IMG/VR virus record: IMGVR_UViG_3300029309_000053
Coordinates: 1 to 55,281 of that record
DNA length: 55,281 nt
Direction: 5' to 3' (one strand)
DNA from: a virus
Lineage: Duplodnaviria > Caudoviricetes
Part shown: positions 29,801 through 38,499 of the stretch, one piece after another
Layout: each line of letters begins with the position of its first letter
Numbering within the stretch: position 1 is the stretch's first letter
Notes under the pieces: generated by a model
Database searches by the model: none
The model's input: only the letters and a program-made list of their open reading frames with translations
What the model was told of the DNA's origin: nothing
Made by a program: the position numbers and the translations under genes

Positions 29801-30502
29801 AAGCCCAGGGCTAGATTCAAAGTTGTTGACCAGGATCTCATCGTCTGACTCAAACTCAAAATCAACGTTGCCCATTGGAACCTTTGGACAAGCGCATATA
29901 TAATCATTTATGTTTGAAGCGGTCCTGTTTCTTATCGACGCCTTATTAGCATACGCATGATACACATCAACCTTTCTTGGCTCGTTAACACCATCTGTAA
30001 AATAAAGAATAGCGTCTAAATCTTGTTGAACTACAACAGGGCTATTTGACCTTGGCGTCTTGTGTATAACGTTAGCCTTTATAAAAGACTGAGGATCAAA
30101 GTTAAAGAGCTCACTGTAGATTATCGCTACAACAGAGCCCGCACCCTCCCCAAAAACATTGTCGGGGTCGTACGCATACACCCCCTGCTCGCCTGAAAAA
30201 TTACTCCATACAAAAAAGTATATTACATTGGTAATCTGATCAGTGCAAGATCCTAGCACTCTGTAAGAAGAGTCAAGTGCCGTTCCAGTCTGAGCAGACG
30301 AAGACGTCATATCAGACACAGTTTCCGCACCGTAGTTTCTCTCTGTGTTTCCGAGAACTGGCTTGATTGTTCCAGCGTCCCCAGAATCACCATCAATATT
30401 CTCATCAATGTAGACGTTAAGTGCGTCCACCATCGAGTTTTTCTGAACAAGTTTCTGATCGGTATCCTTGTCCAGCTTACGTGGTTGAAGCTTATCAATC
30501 AT
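23843..30502 (-). CDS. large tail nozzle/stabilisation (tail tubular B-like) protein
   Basis: LDKDTDQKLV...DALNV, LYFTDGVNEPRK, FDNVPRKAK...NRMIYGNF.EGY, SFKS...HEFGIVYFDERGR, PPWAHHYK, GGYDP...EYLLT. Confidence 0.75.
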   Translation of the reverse strand: MIDKLQPRKLDKDTDQKLVQKNSMVDALNVYIDENIDGDSGDAGTIKPVLGNTERNYGAETVSDMTSSSAQTGTALDSSYRVLGSCTDQITNVIYFFVWSNFSGEQGVYAYDPDNVFGEGAGSVVAIIYSELFNFDPQSFIKANVIHKTPRSNSPVVVQQDLDAILYFTDGVNEPRKVDVYHAYANKASIRNRTASNINDYICACPKVPMGNVDFEFESDDEILVNNFESSPGLQFAVQGVYYDGSTTAIGPYSDIAFPPSVVNRGARASVDSLKYNRCKIIVPPLPDEIEFVKILFRQGNKPNFLELAEVPNIGEATSDPNWKNDGAVRHYNFYNNSVALGVSPSEVSKVFDNVPRKAKHQSEASNRMIYGNFVEGYNSTNLGPSIVPVYKARPSEGVDFTVGVVPSIAKVRNSVSLGTLRNKASGFEIDTSEIPDEIGAGAVIEFSVSFAPDKNFHVYQADRSYHQSLARGWSFLNIAGYPTSMGGQESDVRTNVNPVEFLPNDSPAKGQETGSGYNRSPYGRANGQFRTEDGVSIHGAAPGLSDISPRTRALFGRNFGVSSRSDGGSGLASTQGFTTYNEGGSQSQQPLRWQYWDKDTSSFKRRVMSFGSSAGAPLIIQGGLVKFKVKFKILEDVAEGKLVVASFLEQYLGGEGNNQSEIIEVDEEGTSIKHTHEVNVNLFNKQQLPVGSPERNLIVACQFSGKEQDSGNVIDNSDDLLPNDEGLWNKRGVPQAHFIFNKGSVVFSLQKSRRDDGDTTRRQLHLRIDDIVPDATDGFYTCVRRPDPGSPWWALSMDQIDNLDSDYDELQDQLTYSGQVFKNSSFTFRLDRAQTDLQTDRYGDRSFGRWIFNERDTDDDGLPLNPNGDRHFYPCKIDETNNEFRFSLLDGAAGPGGENPGPDSAFSVYGNNSQGSMTGQVLFTHYGIVDKSNVNSGELENLKKDVLRDLGRLLPFKRNRRNSIRVGGRLLQFDTNGLGSGNNNFRIIDFGSLENVVNKSKAEATGIPSDKACKNVIGGQASNLGSDDEFPAVAIFSGPYFTGRINMNPLFSISQGGDLRDIAQATQAEGADDDLSVVESGGWFYDSGEGGPSTYQFLNGRSQGDNTLNAIEGGWLPPQTDQTTVLPYVFYTDINDTPKEQFPLFPTAFPYPILDESDRQQVLSDLNDGIITYEEFATEIEIALNPDPFGAIIYPEDSGYHPSHPGFAGISYGNLSPHIEVVASATNSSTNSSKPLMSFKSSATHEFGIVYFDERGRRGPVNYIGSAYVPGYSSQERQNEEAGPVHIRIDMTGETPPPWAHHYKVVYSKNTTVSEFFQYSTDGAFAVNSADITDLNATKIYMSLNYLQGHPISYSDAWGAKSQEGSPVVFQPESGDKVRIISYNSIVNGDEQEKRLPNNFIFDVIGVESLGSSEDNPLLDATSFEDEEDFFRKQGMFLILRDNPANEGFAIRNIVNDSSFWDNNVVFEIFRPIKEIDEDKRLYFEVGPTFKVDAAEDGTLIHLNENNEAGPIEISQGDVFFRLSALNQKPIINGQYQSLMTQYVSVADDGDANTEDGFLREGEPNFESIFVEASSASDLFKSDSLSIGRPAKIDSNDRERIRPSSLIHSDKDLPKKKRLAYSSFNPSQADDKDLEQDGGPINYMAFTNDSIMILQETKVGHVPVDRNIISTADNERSLIASSKVLGTPRYYAGEAGTNHPESVSIIDSAAYFVSSKLGKVFRSSGSNGIMDISAKGMSSFFRNLLTKTPTGTNVMKFFGGYDPKKKEYLLTERELASYSRNGSVITQGDGVAQVFSESAAQEIVLTTGAFEVPEDLVGNPAFISNVVVDRSQYYSKCCDLDDILSPVRIGIEELSTEMVEQGSASAAFSINNSIRINLDQIVQNNTEVTVGELNTLITNSLRAEGVVDDNDEPVVAVLFSPVNGLNPYYSFNVDCVDYDDGTRVVSADQFETWFTSTFEGPDVFSVAAQGTGFASEAFAIDVRNSLSSNENCFIPYTGPNSLLSKWREYITKGNDPWTSEGLPAFLWDTSVDDSGLFPAVVKNINQLKAYLCLIAPIKSFKDADGDANSSMFFDLMIAAGIIEEAIVDDTLNWLTTFEMADSTTIDATVENSGLPFYNIPFDQLLQDDFPEGSVSEEGDGFVFGDNTSENLVTKLLRGEEPFPLNGYALFQLEPSVREALTTYKGGLNEEILLPICFRANGRSVIDFTSFGGDQATIG

Positions 30503-31236
30503 TAGTACTTGGGTGCTTGCATAAAGTTTCTTCGGATCGTAGATAGAGCGTTCTCTTTATTGAACGAGCTCAATCTAGCCCTAGCCTTACGCGCTTCGTT
30601 GTAGTATTCAGACCTTGCTCTGGCTTTCTCGTTAGCAGGTATTCCTGACTTTCTTTCTATTAGCTTGTAGTACATATAACATCTAAGCGCCTCTTCAGCG
30701 TAAACGTGAACAGAAGGGTCTTCGCCCCTGGCCTCATCTGCTATGTACTCGAGTGCGACCTCCGTTATATCCGAGTTATTAGATATCTCAATTCTATTGT
30801 CAGAAAGATTCATTTTGTACTGCCCAGGCGCGTGTCCGCCTCCTATACCGTACAATCTTCCTAGTGTTCCATTATGCAGATAGTTCTCAAATACTAAAGT
30901 GTCGAACTCACTATCCTCTCCTACGGTGTTTGCTGTGGCGGATAATGTAGTTCTGTTTTCGTTAGACACTAAAGAAACAATAGTTCCATCAGTGGTTATG
31001 ACTCCAACCTTGCACAGATCTACAAAATCTGTAGGCAAGGTGACTGTGTCGTTAGAGGAAACAGAAAGCTTAACAGTCTTGATCTTCTTGCCAAAGTCAA
31101 ATCCGATCTCTCTAATACCTCTGCGAGCTATGTTGTTGATGGCTACATCGGACACATTGGATACGTGATCCGTGTCATCCATGGTAATCTTAAAATCTTT
31201 GATTACCTGACTAAGCTTGATCGTATTTTGACTCAT
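30502..31236 (-). CDS. head-tail adaptor / tail ring protein
   Basis: TVTLPTDFVDLCKVG, VALEYIAD, VHVYAEEAL motifs; position upstream of the nozzle. Confidence 0.65.
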   Translation of the reverse strand: MSQNTIKLSQVIKDFKITMDDTDHVSNVSDVAINNIARRGIREIGFDFGKKIKTVKLSVSSNDTVTLPTDFVDLCKVGVITTDGTIVSLVSNENRTTLSATANTVGEDSEFDTLVFENYLHNGTLGRLYGIGGGHAPGQYKMNLSDNRIEISNNSDITEVALEYIADEARGEDPSVHVYAEEALRCYMYYKLIERKSGIPANEKARARSEYYNEARKARARLSSFNKENALSTIRRNFMQAPKY

Positions 31237-31922
31237 TGCTGCTGCGCTTCTTGATCGCCAAAGACCTTGATGTTCTGGTCTCTAAGTCTGACGCCCAAAA
31301 GCTTAGCAATTTCAGCAACAACTTCTGCGAGATAATCCTCTGGAAGATCAAAGTCTACCGAGGAATCCGCATTAAAAGTGTTGCTAGGACCCAGTACCAG
31401 CTGAGGATTGACGATCGGATTTCTGTAGTAGGTTATAGTAATATTGTTTACACTAGCTGGTGAGAGCTCAATAACGTCTGTAATCAAAGCTGCGGGAAAC
31501 GTTACCGTGGGTGATGACAGGTCGCTAGATACGATTTGCTCCATAATGTCAACGTCATAAACAAGATCAACCACAACCTTAGCCTGTGTACGTATGTTGA
31601 CGATTTTTCTGCAGTCTTCAGGTATCATAAATATCCCAGAGTCCTGAACATAAGAATTAACGGCCTCTGCATATAAGTTCTTGATAGATATATATCTACC
31701 TAAGTCTTCCTTAAGTCCCTGATAAAGAGACTTTCTACGAGGCAAATCCTGACCAGCCTGATTCTTACGCTTAGCCCCCTCGAGCTCTCGAAACATTTCA
31801 TTAATAATGTTTCGCTGAGCTACATTGGCGAAGGAATTAAATACATCTGGGGTAATAAAACCCTTCTGCTCCTTGTTGGCCAAGTTCTTCAGTATGGTGT
31901 AGACTTCTATTACGCTTACCAT
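31233..31922 (-). CDS. head-tail adaptor / tail ring protein
   Basis: MVSV..VY..L..LANKEQKGFITP..FN.FA..AQ; start set at ATG 31922, 5 nt after a promoter. Confidence 0.7.
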   Translation of the reverse strand: MVSVIEVYTILKNLANKEQKGFITPDVFNSFANVAQRNIINEMFRELEGAKRKNQAGQDLPRRKSLYQGLKEDLGRYISIKNLYAEAVNSYVQDSGIFMIPEDCRKIVNIRTQAKVVVDLVYDVDIMEQIVSSDLSSPTVTFPAALITDVIELSPASVNNITITYYRNPIVNPQLVLGPSNTFNADSSVDFDLPEDYLAEVVAEIAKLLGVRLRDQNIKVFGDQEAQQQ

Positions 31923-31927
31923 GGAAA

Positions 31928-31935
31928 CAAATATA
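31928..31935 (-). promoter_or_regulatory. -7 promoter element TATATTTG
   Basis: Consensus; directly after a terminator T-tail. Confidence 0.65.
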
Positions 31936-31936
31936 C

Positions 31937-31964
31937 AAAAAACAAAAGCCACCCTAAGGTGGCT
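31937..31964 (-). terminator. Rho-independent terminator
   Basis: AGCCACC-4 nt loop-GGTGGCT followed by T-rich sequence on the - strand. Confidence 0.75.
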
Positions 31965-31984
31965 CTTGCATTGTCAGCTCTGCA

Positions 31985-32800
31985 TTAGGATAGCTTGTCT
32001 AGCCGTTCTTCTATGTCTGATAGAACTGGTGCCCCCTTCTCAGTCAAGCAGTATCTAACCATTACATCTGTGGGATCCATTCCCGCTGGTACAGATACAA
32101 TCAATGAGTTGGAGTCAAACCAAAAGGCCCCGTCTTGTTTTAGCCTTATGATTTGATAGTCTTTAGCCTGCTGAATAGAGGCTCTTGCCTGTACCTGTGG
32201 AGAATCAAATGACTCAATAAACTCCTGCGGTCTTTTCTTGGCAATTTGCAAAAGGTTGTATCTAATTTCTGTGACAGGAGTTTCAATAGAAACCTTAAAA
32301 TAGATTGCAATAGGAAGAAGATCTGTAATGTCAGTATCTCTTACCAGAGTGATGGCTTCTGTAAGCTTAAACTCCTTGTTAAGCTGTTGCTCAGCATCTC
32401 TTTTTTTGTTTACCTGCTTAAATGTGGTTCCTCCATTTGCGTGATTGCCTGGATGTTTATCTAGGAATATCCTAAGGTTTGGCTTGCTCTTGGGTACAAA
32501 AATTCTTCCTCCCTCAAATACAACGGACTCTCTTACCGCGTTGTCACTTTGCTCATCTCTCCAAATGGATGGTTCATTAGGGCAGTACCTCATCTCTCGA
32601 ACCGTGTCTTTTTCTTTGTCGTATACTGTCACCCCCTTCTGAGGAAGCATAAAAACTATACCGCCCCCCTTTATGATCTCGTACTCGGCGTGAGTAATTA
32701 CCTTTTCTTCGCGCTTAATATTGCGTTTGTTTGAGGTTGCTGGCTTAGGTGCCGCAACCTTGGGTCTACCAGCAGACCGCTTTGTTGTCGTTTCTGACAT
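31985..32800 (-). CDS. conserved-type phage protein of the head module
   Basis: 271 aa; REMRYCPNEPSIW.DEQ...FLDKHPGN motif; lies downstream of the capsid genes. Confidence 0.75.
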   Translation of the reverse strand: MSETTTKRSAGRPKVAAPKPATSNKRNIKREEKVITHAEYEIIKGGGIVFMLPQKGVTVYDKEKDTVREMRYCPNEPSIWRDEQSDNAVRESVVFEGGRIFVPKSKPNLRIFLDKHPGNHANGGTTFKQVNKKRDAEQQLNKEFKLTEAITLVRDTDITDLLPIAIYFKVSIETPVTEIRYNLLQIAKKRPQEFIESFDSPQVQARASIQQAKDYQIIRLKQDGAFWFDSNSLIVSVPAGMDPTDVMVRYCLTEKGAPVLSDIEERLDKLS

Positions 32801-32806
32801 GATTAA

Positions 32807-34051
32807 TTATTTTGAATAAAATTTAAAAAGATCGTCGGCTAACCTAACCGACTCGTTATATCCTATGTCTTCTTTTATCACCCCAAACCTAGCGAGAACG
32901 CTTTTTGAGAAGTGATTAGCAAGTATGTCTGCCGTGGTGCCTAGCCGCTCTATCAATAGCGGCCCGTCTGTTGCGCCTGACGCAGACCCTATGACGGGAG
33001 GGATCTCTGCAATAATATCTCCTGACCTGTTGTGAACGAATATTCTGTTATTATCATCCCTTCTAATTACGAACACATGACAAGCTTTGAAGTTAATATC
33101 GCTGCTATCTTGAACTATCTGAGATGCAGAGACAAATAAAGCAGGTGCCTTAGTCTTGCCTGAGTGTCTAAATGAGAATCGGTTCTTGCTCAGATTAATA
33201 TTAGATGCAGGGCCATCTTGCCTAAACTCCCCTCCTGGCCCCAATGTCTCTCCTGCGGCATCGCCATATAGTGTGTGAAAGTATTTACTATATAGGTCTG
33301 TACCGTAATGTGTGCTAATAACCATGTATATGGTATAGTCGTCATTTACCGAAAGAGAGGGTACTATAAAGTGTTCTCCAGCGGTAAAACTTACGGCCTT
33401 TTGAGATAAGCTCCTGTCTTCACTATCTGGATCTGTACAGACTGGATCCCCAACATTTGACGAAATGTTATACGTAGCGCCTCCTGAGCCGTCATTTGCC
33501 CACGATGTAACCTCTGCCCCATTTGCAAAACCAGAAAGACCTTCGTGATTGTAGTCAACGAAAGGCTGTGTATAATTGAAATTTATGCCTGCAATCGTAT
33601 TTGCAGCGATTGCTGTTGCATCCCCAAAGCTACGCTTGCCCGTCTGGGTGTTGATAGGGTTGGCCTTGACCCTAGGAAAAACGTTGAGCGTCTTGGTTGT
33701 ATCTACAAACTTAGATGTAAACCCTCCAGAGGCGCCGTCGAATCTCATAAATCTACTCACCGACCTCTCGGAAGAAATAAATTTCATGATGTCCTCTATG
33801 AGCTTGAGCTCGTCTCCCTCTTTGCACGACACACCTACAGCAGTCTTCTCTATGGCCTCACCTGTGTGCAGCGCCGATTCTTGATATAGGGTGGCGTCGT
33901 CAAATACCATCTGAACCTCACCCTTCGTCGCTGTCATAAACGACATTTTGTCTATAGGTATGACGAATACACTGAGCCCTAAGCCCGTGTCTGATGTTCG
34001 AACACTTGCAGATCCTACAGCCTCCTGTCTAAAAAGAAAAAACTTCTTCAT
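32807..34051 (-). CDS. structural protein with a C-terminal lectin/LamG-like beta-sandwich
   Basis: NGAEVTSWANDGSGG and beta-rich C-terminal half; start set at MKKFFLF (34051). Confidence 0.6.
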   Translation of the reverse strand: MKKFFLFRQEAVGSASVRTSDTGLGLSVFVIPIDKMSFMTATKGEVQMVFDDATLYQESALHTGEAIEKTAVGVSCKEGDELKLIEDIMKFISSERSVSRFMRFDGASGGFTSKFVDTTKTLNVFPRVKANPINTQTGKRSFGDATAIAANTIAGINFNYTQPFVDYNHEGLSGFANGAEVTSWANDGSGGATYNISSNVGDPVCTDPDSEDRSLSQKAVSFTAGEHFIVPSLSVNDDYTIYMVISTHYGTDLYSKYFHTLYGDAAGETLGPGGEFRQDGPASNINLSKNRFSFRHSGKTKAPALFVSASQIVQDSSDINFKACHVFVIRRDDNNRIFVHNRSGDIIAEIPPVIGSASGATDGPLLIERLGTTADILANHFSKSVLARFGVIKEDIGYNESVRLADDLFKFYSK

Positions 34052-34066
34052 TGCATTTAACTGATA

Positions 34067-34074
34067 CAAATATA
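34067..34074 (-). promoter_or_regulatory. -7 promoter element TATATTTG
   Basis: Consensus; directly after a terminator. Confidence 0.65.
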
Positions 34075-34076
34075 GT

Positions 34077-34102
34077 AAAAAGAAAAAGGCCCCGCAGGGC
34101 CT
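34077..34102 (-). terminator. Rho-independent terminator
   Basis: AGGCCC-4 nt loop-GGGCCT followed by TTTTCTTTTT on the - strand. Confidence 0.75.
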
Positions 34103-34124
34103 ATTTCAATTCAGAAAATCAGTG

Positions 34125-34634
34125 TCACTCGAACACTCTGAAGTTAACAGTCACTTCAAACTTGCCCTGCGTTGTAACCGCATGGTCGCTAAGTCTAAAG
34201 CGAAACTTTACTTCTGTGTCACCAGAGCTGATGTTGGATGCAGATTCTGTCGGTGCATCTCCTGTGGCAAAGCCAGGTGTGTAGGCCCAACCAAGGTGAG
34301 CAGCAACACCGCTCTTGAACTCAAAAATAGTTCCAACAGGGAGTGTCCCAGGATCGTCAGAAGCAGCGTCAAGCAGGTTGTCAGTAGCGTCATCATCAGC
34401 AGACTGATTGATAATGTTGTCAATGTCTGCGTCAGTACCCATTTCAAATCCAAGGCTAGCTCCAGTTTCAACCACGGGGGCCTCAACAACTCTTACATAA
34501 ACAGACTCAATGATGCTGTTTTCTGGTTGAAAAAGTCCAAATGTTGGTCCAAAGCCGTTTTTCTCCAGAGCTTCTGCAGTAAGGATTCGTCTTGATACGA
34601 CGACATTTCCAGGTAGGTTCATTGTTCTAGGCAT
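34125..34634 (-). CDS. putative capsid decoration/auxiliary protein
   Basis: 169 aa, beta-rich and acidic; immediately downstream of the capsid gene. Confidence 0.55.
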   Translation of the reverse strand: MPRTMNLPGNVVVSRRILTAEALEKNGFGPTFGLFQPENSIIESVYVRVVEAPVVETGASLGFEMGTDADIDNIINQSADDDATDNLLDAASDDPGTLPVGTIFEFKSGVAAHLGWAYTPGFATGDAPTESASNISSGDTEVKFRFRLSDHAVTTQGKFEVTVNFRVFE

Positions 34635-34654
34635 AATAATAATGATTGTGATTT

Positions 34655-34678
34655 AGGGAGAGGCCGAAGCCCCTCCCT
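34655..34678 (-). other. C(UUCG)G-capped hairpin after the capsid gene (stabiliser or attenuator)
   Basis: AGGGAGGGGC-TTCG-GCCTCTCCCT on the - strand; no U-tail. Confidence 0.6.
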
Positions 34679-34691
34679 TCATCGGTTTATA

Positions 34692-36119
34692 TTATCCCTT
34701 GAGAACAACGTGCTGGTTAGCAGCGCGAGTACAAATAGCGATTTCAGAACGGTAGTGGAATGTTGCCACGTCTGCTCCATCGTCGCCGTTGTTGTTGTGT
34801 CCGAGGACACCTCCGCCAGATACCCAGTGCTCCATCTCACGAGAGTAGCCGTTTGCCTCCTTGTAGTACATAGCGAGCGCAGGAGACTTAGCACCTGAGC
34901 GAGCGTCAGTAACGTTTGACAAAGGAATCATAGCACCCTGCAAGAAGTTAGCAGCACCCATCAAGGTAGGATCGTTCAGGAGCTTCCAGTCGTGCTTGTG
35001 GAAAGTGTATCCTCCACGAGTAAATGACTTAAAGCCGAGCTTAACGGCCATATCAGCGTCGTTATTGAACGCACCGAACTGACCAGACAATCCTGCAGTA
35101 ACGCTAGTAGCGATACCTGATGCAAGCATGTCGTCAATAGCGAGGTCTTGCTTTCTGTTCAAGTACATAGCGTACTCGGCAGGAGCGCCTTGCTTGTCGA
35201 GCTGCAAGATCAAGTCATCGAACTCAGCAAAGCTATCCATTGGGTTTGCGTTTGCATTAGAAACGACGATACCTCTGTCTTCAACAGCGGTAATGTAACC
35301 CTCAGAGCCAGGAATAGTTTTTCCGAGATCGTTATCTCCGTTGTGAGACGCAGTAGCTGCGTTCTTCTCACCGAAGAGCAACATCATTTCTCTGCGATCT
35401 TCGAAGCGCTTGCGGGCTTCTTGCTCGCCATACATGAACCATCTGTAGTCACCGCCGCCGAGGTTAACCCAACCGATGTTGGTTGCCTGTGAGCCGTTGA
35501 CCTGGTAGCGATCCTTTACGATCATGAATGGGTTGCTGTACTTGACAACGTCAGCGTCCTGGAAGGCGCCTGGCTGATTGGTGCCCTGAGCGTACATGTT
35601 ACCGAGATGAATCATCTTGGTAGTTGTGCCGTTTTCGGCGGGTGAAGCGTTAGCACCGTCGAGGCGCTCCAACTTCAAAGCAGCATCAGCTTGTTCTGGT
35701 GCTTCGTTTACAATATAACGAGTGCCTGTCTCGGCGTTCATGAGAACGTCATTGGCCTGAACCAATCCCTTAGAGCTGTCTGTGGCGTCACCAGAAAGGG
35801 TGTCGTCTACAGTAAAGACAGCAGTACCTGGAGAGTTTGAAGCTCCGCCTTGTGCAGATGATGCGAGAGCACCGCCGATGATTCTGTGGCGACGGCCAGC
35901 TTCCCACCAGTCGATCTGGTCAGATTGTCCACCTGCCTTAACAGCGCCAACGAGATTCAAAAATCCAGTAATGCCTTGATCGCCATAAGACTGAACCAAG
36001 TCAGGAAGTACAAAGTCCTTAGTTGTTTTGACCAAATTGTCAATGGTCGTGTACGTTTCGGGGGTTAGCCTAAGATCAGGAGATGCCTGATCAATGCTTG
36101 CCCCAGTAATAGTAGCCAT
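34692..36119 (-). CDS. major capsid protein
   Basis: 475 aa; follows the scaffold; IDWWEAGR, KDRYQVNGS...IGW, RFEDRREMMLLFGE, LGFKSFTRGGYTFHKHDWKLLND. Confidence 0.85.
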   Translation of the reverse strand: MATITGASIDQASPDLRLTPETYTTIDNLVKTTKDFVLPDLVQSYGDQGITGFLNLVGAVKAGGQSDQIDWWEAGRRHRIIGGALASSAQGGASNSPGTAVFTVDDTLSGDATDSSKGLVQANDVLMNAETGTRYIVNEAPEQADAALKLERLDGANASPAENGTTTKMIHLGNMYAQGTNQPGAFQDADVVKYSNPFMIVKDRYQVNGSQATNIGWVNLGGGDYRWFMYGEQEARKRFEDRREMMLLFGEKNAATASHNGDNDLGKTIPGSEGYITAVEDRGIVVSNANANPMDSFAEFDDLILQLDKQGAPAEYAMYLNRKQDLAIDDMLASGIATSVTAGLSGQFGAFNNDADMAVKLGFKSFTRGGYTFHKHDWKLLNDPTLMGAANFLQGAMIPLSNVTDARSGAKSPALAMYYKEANGYSREMEHWVSGGGVLGHNNNGDDGADVATFHYRSEIAICTRAANQHVVLKG

Positions 36120-36130
36120 AGCTAATTATT

Positions 36131-37264
36131 TTAGATGTTGAATGTTAGAGTATTCGATTGTTTACTCATAATATTTTTTACCTGCTCGCCAAGCGGGTTT
36201 GATTCATTCATGCTTCCAGATTCTGGCTGGACTGTACCTACGTTAGCCGCTGTGTTCACGACACCTCGCTGCCCGTCACCACGCCCCTTATTGTACGCAG
36301 CGCGTACAATGGTGTCGATGTTGTCGAGCACGGCCATCTGTGTAGCTAAGCCATCGTAGTCAAAAGTTCCATCTTCCCCGAAAAAGGGATCGAAGAACTG
36401 ATCAAGCCTAGCGCCTCTTTCCATCATGGATTGGCGATATTGATCATTTAATCCGAACGTGAACTGCTCTCCGTCTCCAAGGTCAAACTCCAACCCTTCG
36501 ACGTTGCTGAACTCATTCGCCATGTCATTGATCCAACGCTGATCAAACAAAGGTTCGTCTGAAGTATCATTGCTTACTGATGATGCGTAATGATTCCGAA
36601 TCTCCTGGATTTCATTACGTGCGTTTTCAGCGTCGATCTTCAAACGAAGAGCAGACAATCTTGCCGTCTCTTCTCCGTGCTTCTCAGCGTCAAGTTTATA
36701 ATTGTCTTTTACGAGAATCTCGATCTCATTGGGCTGAAGGTTAGGGTAGGCTGCTGCCGCGCTAACTCTTATAGCTGTGAGATCATCCATGCCTTCAGGA
36801 TTCAGTGTCTGATATCTAAACCAATCTTGAGGGGAACGCCCTGTCTCTTGGACGAACCGATTGATAGCATCGACACTTTCGTTTACCTGAGGCTGAGAGA
36901 AGTCCTCAAAAGAATTTATTTCTCTACCTAGTTTTTGACTCATGTATTGCAAGACCTGAGAGTCCAGGTCTTGCTCTGTATGCTCAGCCCCCTCCTGAGT
37001 CGTCTCTCTAGTCTCAACCATAGCATCAAACTCTGGCTGATCTTTTGTTGTTTCCTGAGGTGTCTCCTGTTGCGGCTCTGAAGGGGCCGCATCTGGATCC
37101 ACGAAAGGAGTAGACTCTACAGGCTCTGGTGTCGGTTCAGGAGATGTCTCTGGAACCGAAGCAGGCTCTGGGTTAGACTCTGCGGTAGACTCTGCAGTCA
37201 TTGCTTCTGCCAAGTCTTTTGGATTGTCAAAAACCTGAGGGGTAAAATCCTTATTCTCTTCCAT
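36131..37264 (-). CDS. capsid scaffolding protein
   Basis: Acidic, disordered N-terminus and helical body; directly upstream of the capsid gene. Confidence 0.7.
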   Translation of the reverse strand: MEENKDFTPQVFDNPKDLAEAMTAESTAESNPEPASVPETSPEPTPEPVESTPFVDPDAAPSEPQQETPQETTKDQPEFDAMVETRETTQEGAEHTEQDLDSQVLQYMSQKLGREINSFEDFSQPQVNESVDAINRFVQETGRSPQDWFRYQTLNPEGMDDLTAIRVSAAAAYPNLQPNEIEILVKDNYKLDAEKHGEETARLSALRLKIDAENARNEIQEIRNHYASSVSNDTSDEPLFDQRWINDMANEFSNVEGLEFDLGDGEQFTFGLNDQYRQSMMERGARLDQFFDPFFGEDGTFDYDGLATQMAVLDNIDTIVRAAYNKGRGDGQRGVVNTAANVGTVQPESGSMNESNPLGEQVKNIMSKQSNTLTFNI

Positions 37265-37287
37265 TGTATTTAAGTTTTGTTTTTGTT

Positions 37288-37656
37288 TTATTTGATGTAG
37301 CAGATAAACCTATCAGATGAAGTTCCTGTTACAGACTTAAAATCTCCATAAATAATGTTACCAGCAACGCAAGGCAATGTGGTGTTAACATCGCTTCTTC
37401 TCTCATAGAGTCCAGAAGCATGAGTTCCATTTAGGTTAACTCCTGTTTTCTGTGAGTCTAGAGTGTCTCCGTTTGCAAGGTGAGTGTTTCCGTCAGAAGC
37501 GTTTGCCGTAAGCTGATCAAAAATTCCAGCCGCCTTAACAATCATTTCTGCGTCTTCGGCCACAATAACTTGTATTGCGAATATGTCCGCAGTAACAGTT
37601 TCTGCTCCGTTTATCAGGGCAAATTTACTTGGTATTGAATGTGATGGGTGTGCCAT
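37288..37656 (-). CDS. small structural protein
   Basis: 122 aa; AGNIIYGDFKSV...ICY ending; coupled to the upstream gene. Confidence 0.65.
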   Translation of the reverse strand: MAHPSHSIPSKFALINGAETVTADIFAIQVIVAEDAEMIVKAAGIFDQLTANASDGNTHLANGDTLDSQKTGVNLNGTHASGLYERRSDVNTTLPCVAGNIIYGDFKSVTGTSSDRFICYIK

Positions 37657-38072
37657 TATCCTAAAGTATTATCTGAGTTGTCGTATCCAAACACCGCGTA
37701 CTCTACCATGGGCTGTCTGCCCGTCAAGCCCCCAGAGTAATAAGCCTTGAATGTTTTGTTTACAGCAACAGGAATGAATGCAAATTCACCACCGCCGATC
37801 TTGGCTACTAGATCATCGTTGTCACTGTCGTTGTATACATACACAAACTTCTCGTCTTCCTCGCTCATATTTTTTACATACAAGTAAGCGGAAGTAAGTT
37901 TATCGTCGGCCTTATATACCGTAAGGGCCGAGGCTTCAGCAGTTGTGCTCTTAAGCTTTGCTTTGATGATAGCCCCTGAGTCCGCCTCAAGAGAGTGCTC
38001 TACCGCTATCGCAAATGGTGCCGTAAGAACGTCATTGCTGCTGATTCGCAGAGAGACGTTTACGTTAGGCAT
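37656..38072 (-). CDS. small beta-sandwich structural protein (paralog family)
   Basis: YLYVKNMS...AKIGGGEFAFIP; similar to 38072-38482. Confidence 0.7.
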   Translation of the reverse strand: MPNVNVSLRISSNDVLTAPFAIAVEHSLEADSGAIIKAKLKSTTAEASALTVYKADDKLTSAYLYVKNMSEEDEKFVYVYNDSDNDDLVAKIGGGEFAFIPVAVNKTFKAYYSGGLTGRQPMVEYAVFGYDNSDNTLG

Positions 38073-38482
38073 TATTCAAAAATTACAAAATACTCAACAG
38101 TCATCGCTGTGGCGGACGTGTCGATCTCTATATCGTTCGCGCCATCCCACGGAAAGAAAGCCCAGTCACCTCCGTACAGCTTCCCGAGCTCGATTGTCAC
38201 GGACGAATTGTTAAGCTGAAGGGTCACTGTCTCTGACTTGGTGGTAGAGAGGTTCTTGACATAGACCTTAGTTGCCTGAGTGCCAGTTGTGTAGTCGCTA
38301 GCATCGAGAAGAACCTCGGCGGTCTTTGCGGTTGCGTAGTACTTACGAGCCACACCAGTAGTTTGCTCGAGTCCAGTGTTGGCGCTCTGGGCCTTGGTTA
38401 GTGTAGTTGTAGTGCTCAACGCTAATGCGTCGCCAGTCAAGTCTGCGCTGCTAATAGTTACGGTTGCGGTAGTAGTAGCCAT
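38072..38482 (-). CDS. small beta-sandwich structural protein (paralog family)
   Basis: KVYVKNLS...GKLYGGDWAFFPW; Thr-rich. Confidence 0.7.
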   Translation of the reverse strand: MATTTATVTISSADLTGDALALSTTTTLTKAQSANTGLEQTTGVARKYYATAKTAEVLLDASDYTTGTQATKVYVKNLSTTKSETVTLQLNNSSVTIELGKLYGGDWAFFPWDGANDIEIDTSATAMTVEYFVIFE

Positions 38483-38499
38483 GTGTGTTTTAGTTTCTG

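Noticed and set aside
31923-31952. Upstream GTG start for the adaptor gene in the ORF track
   Set aside because: The extension overlaps the terminator and promoter; ATG 31922 fits better.
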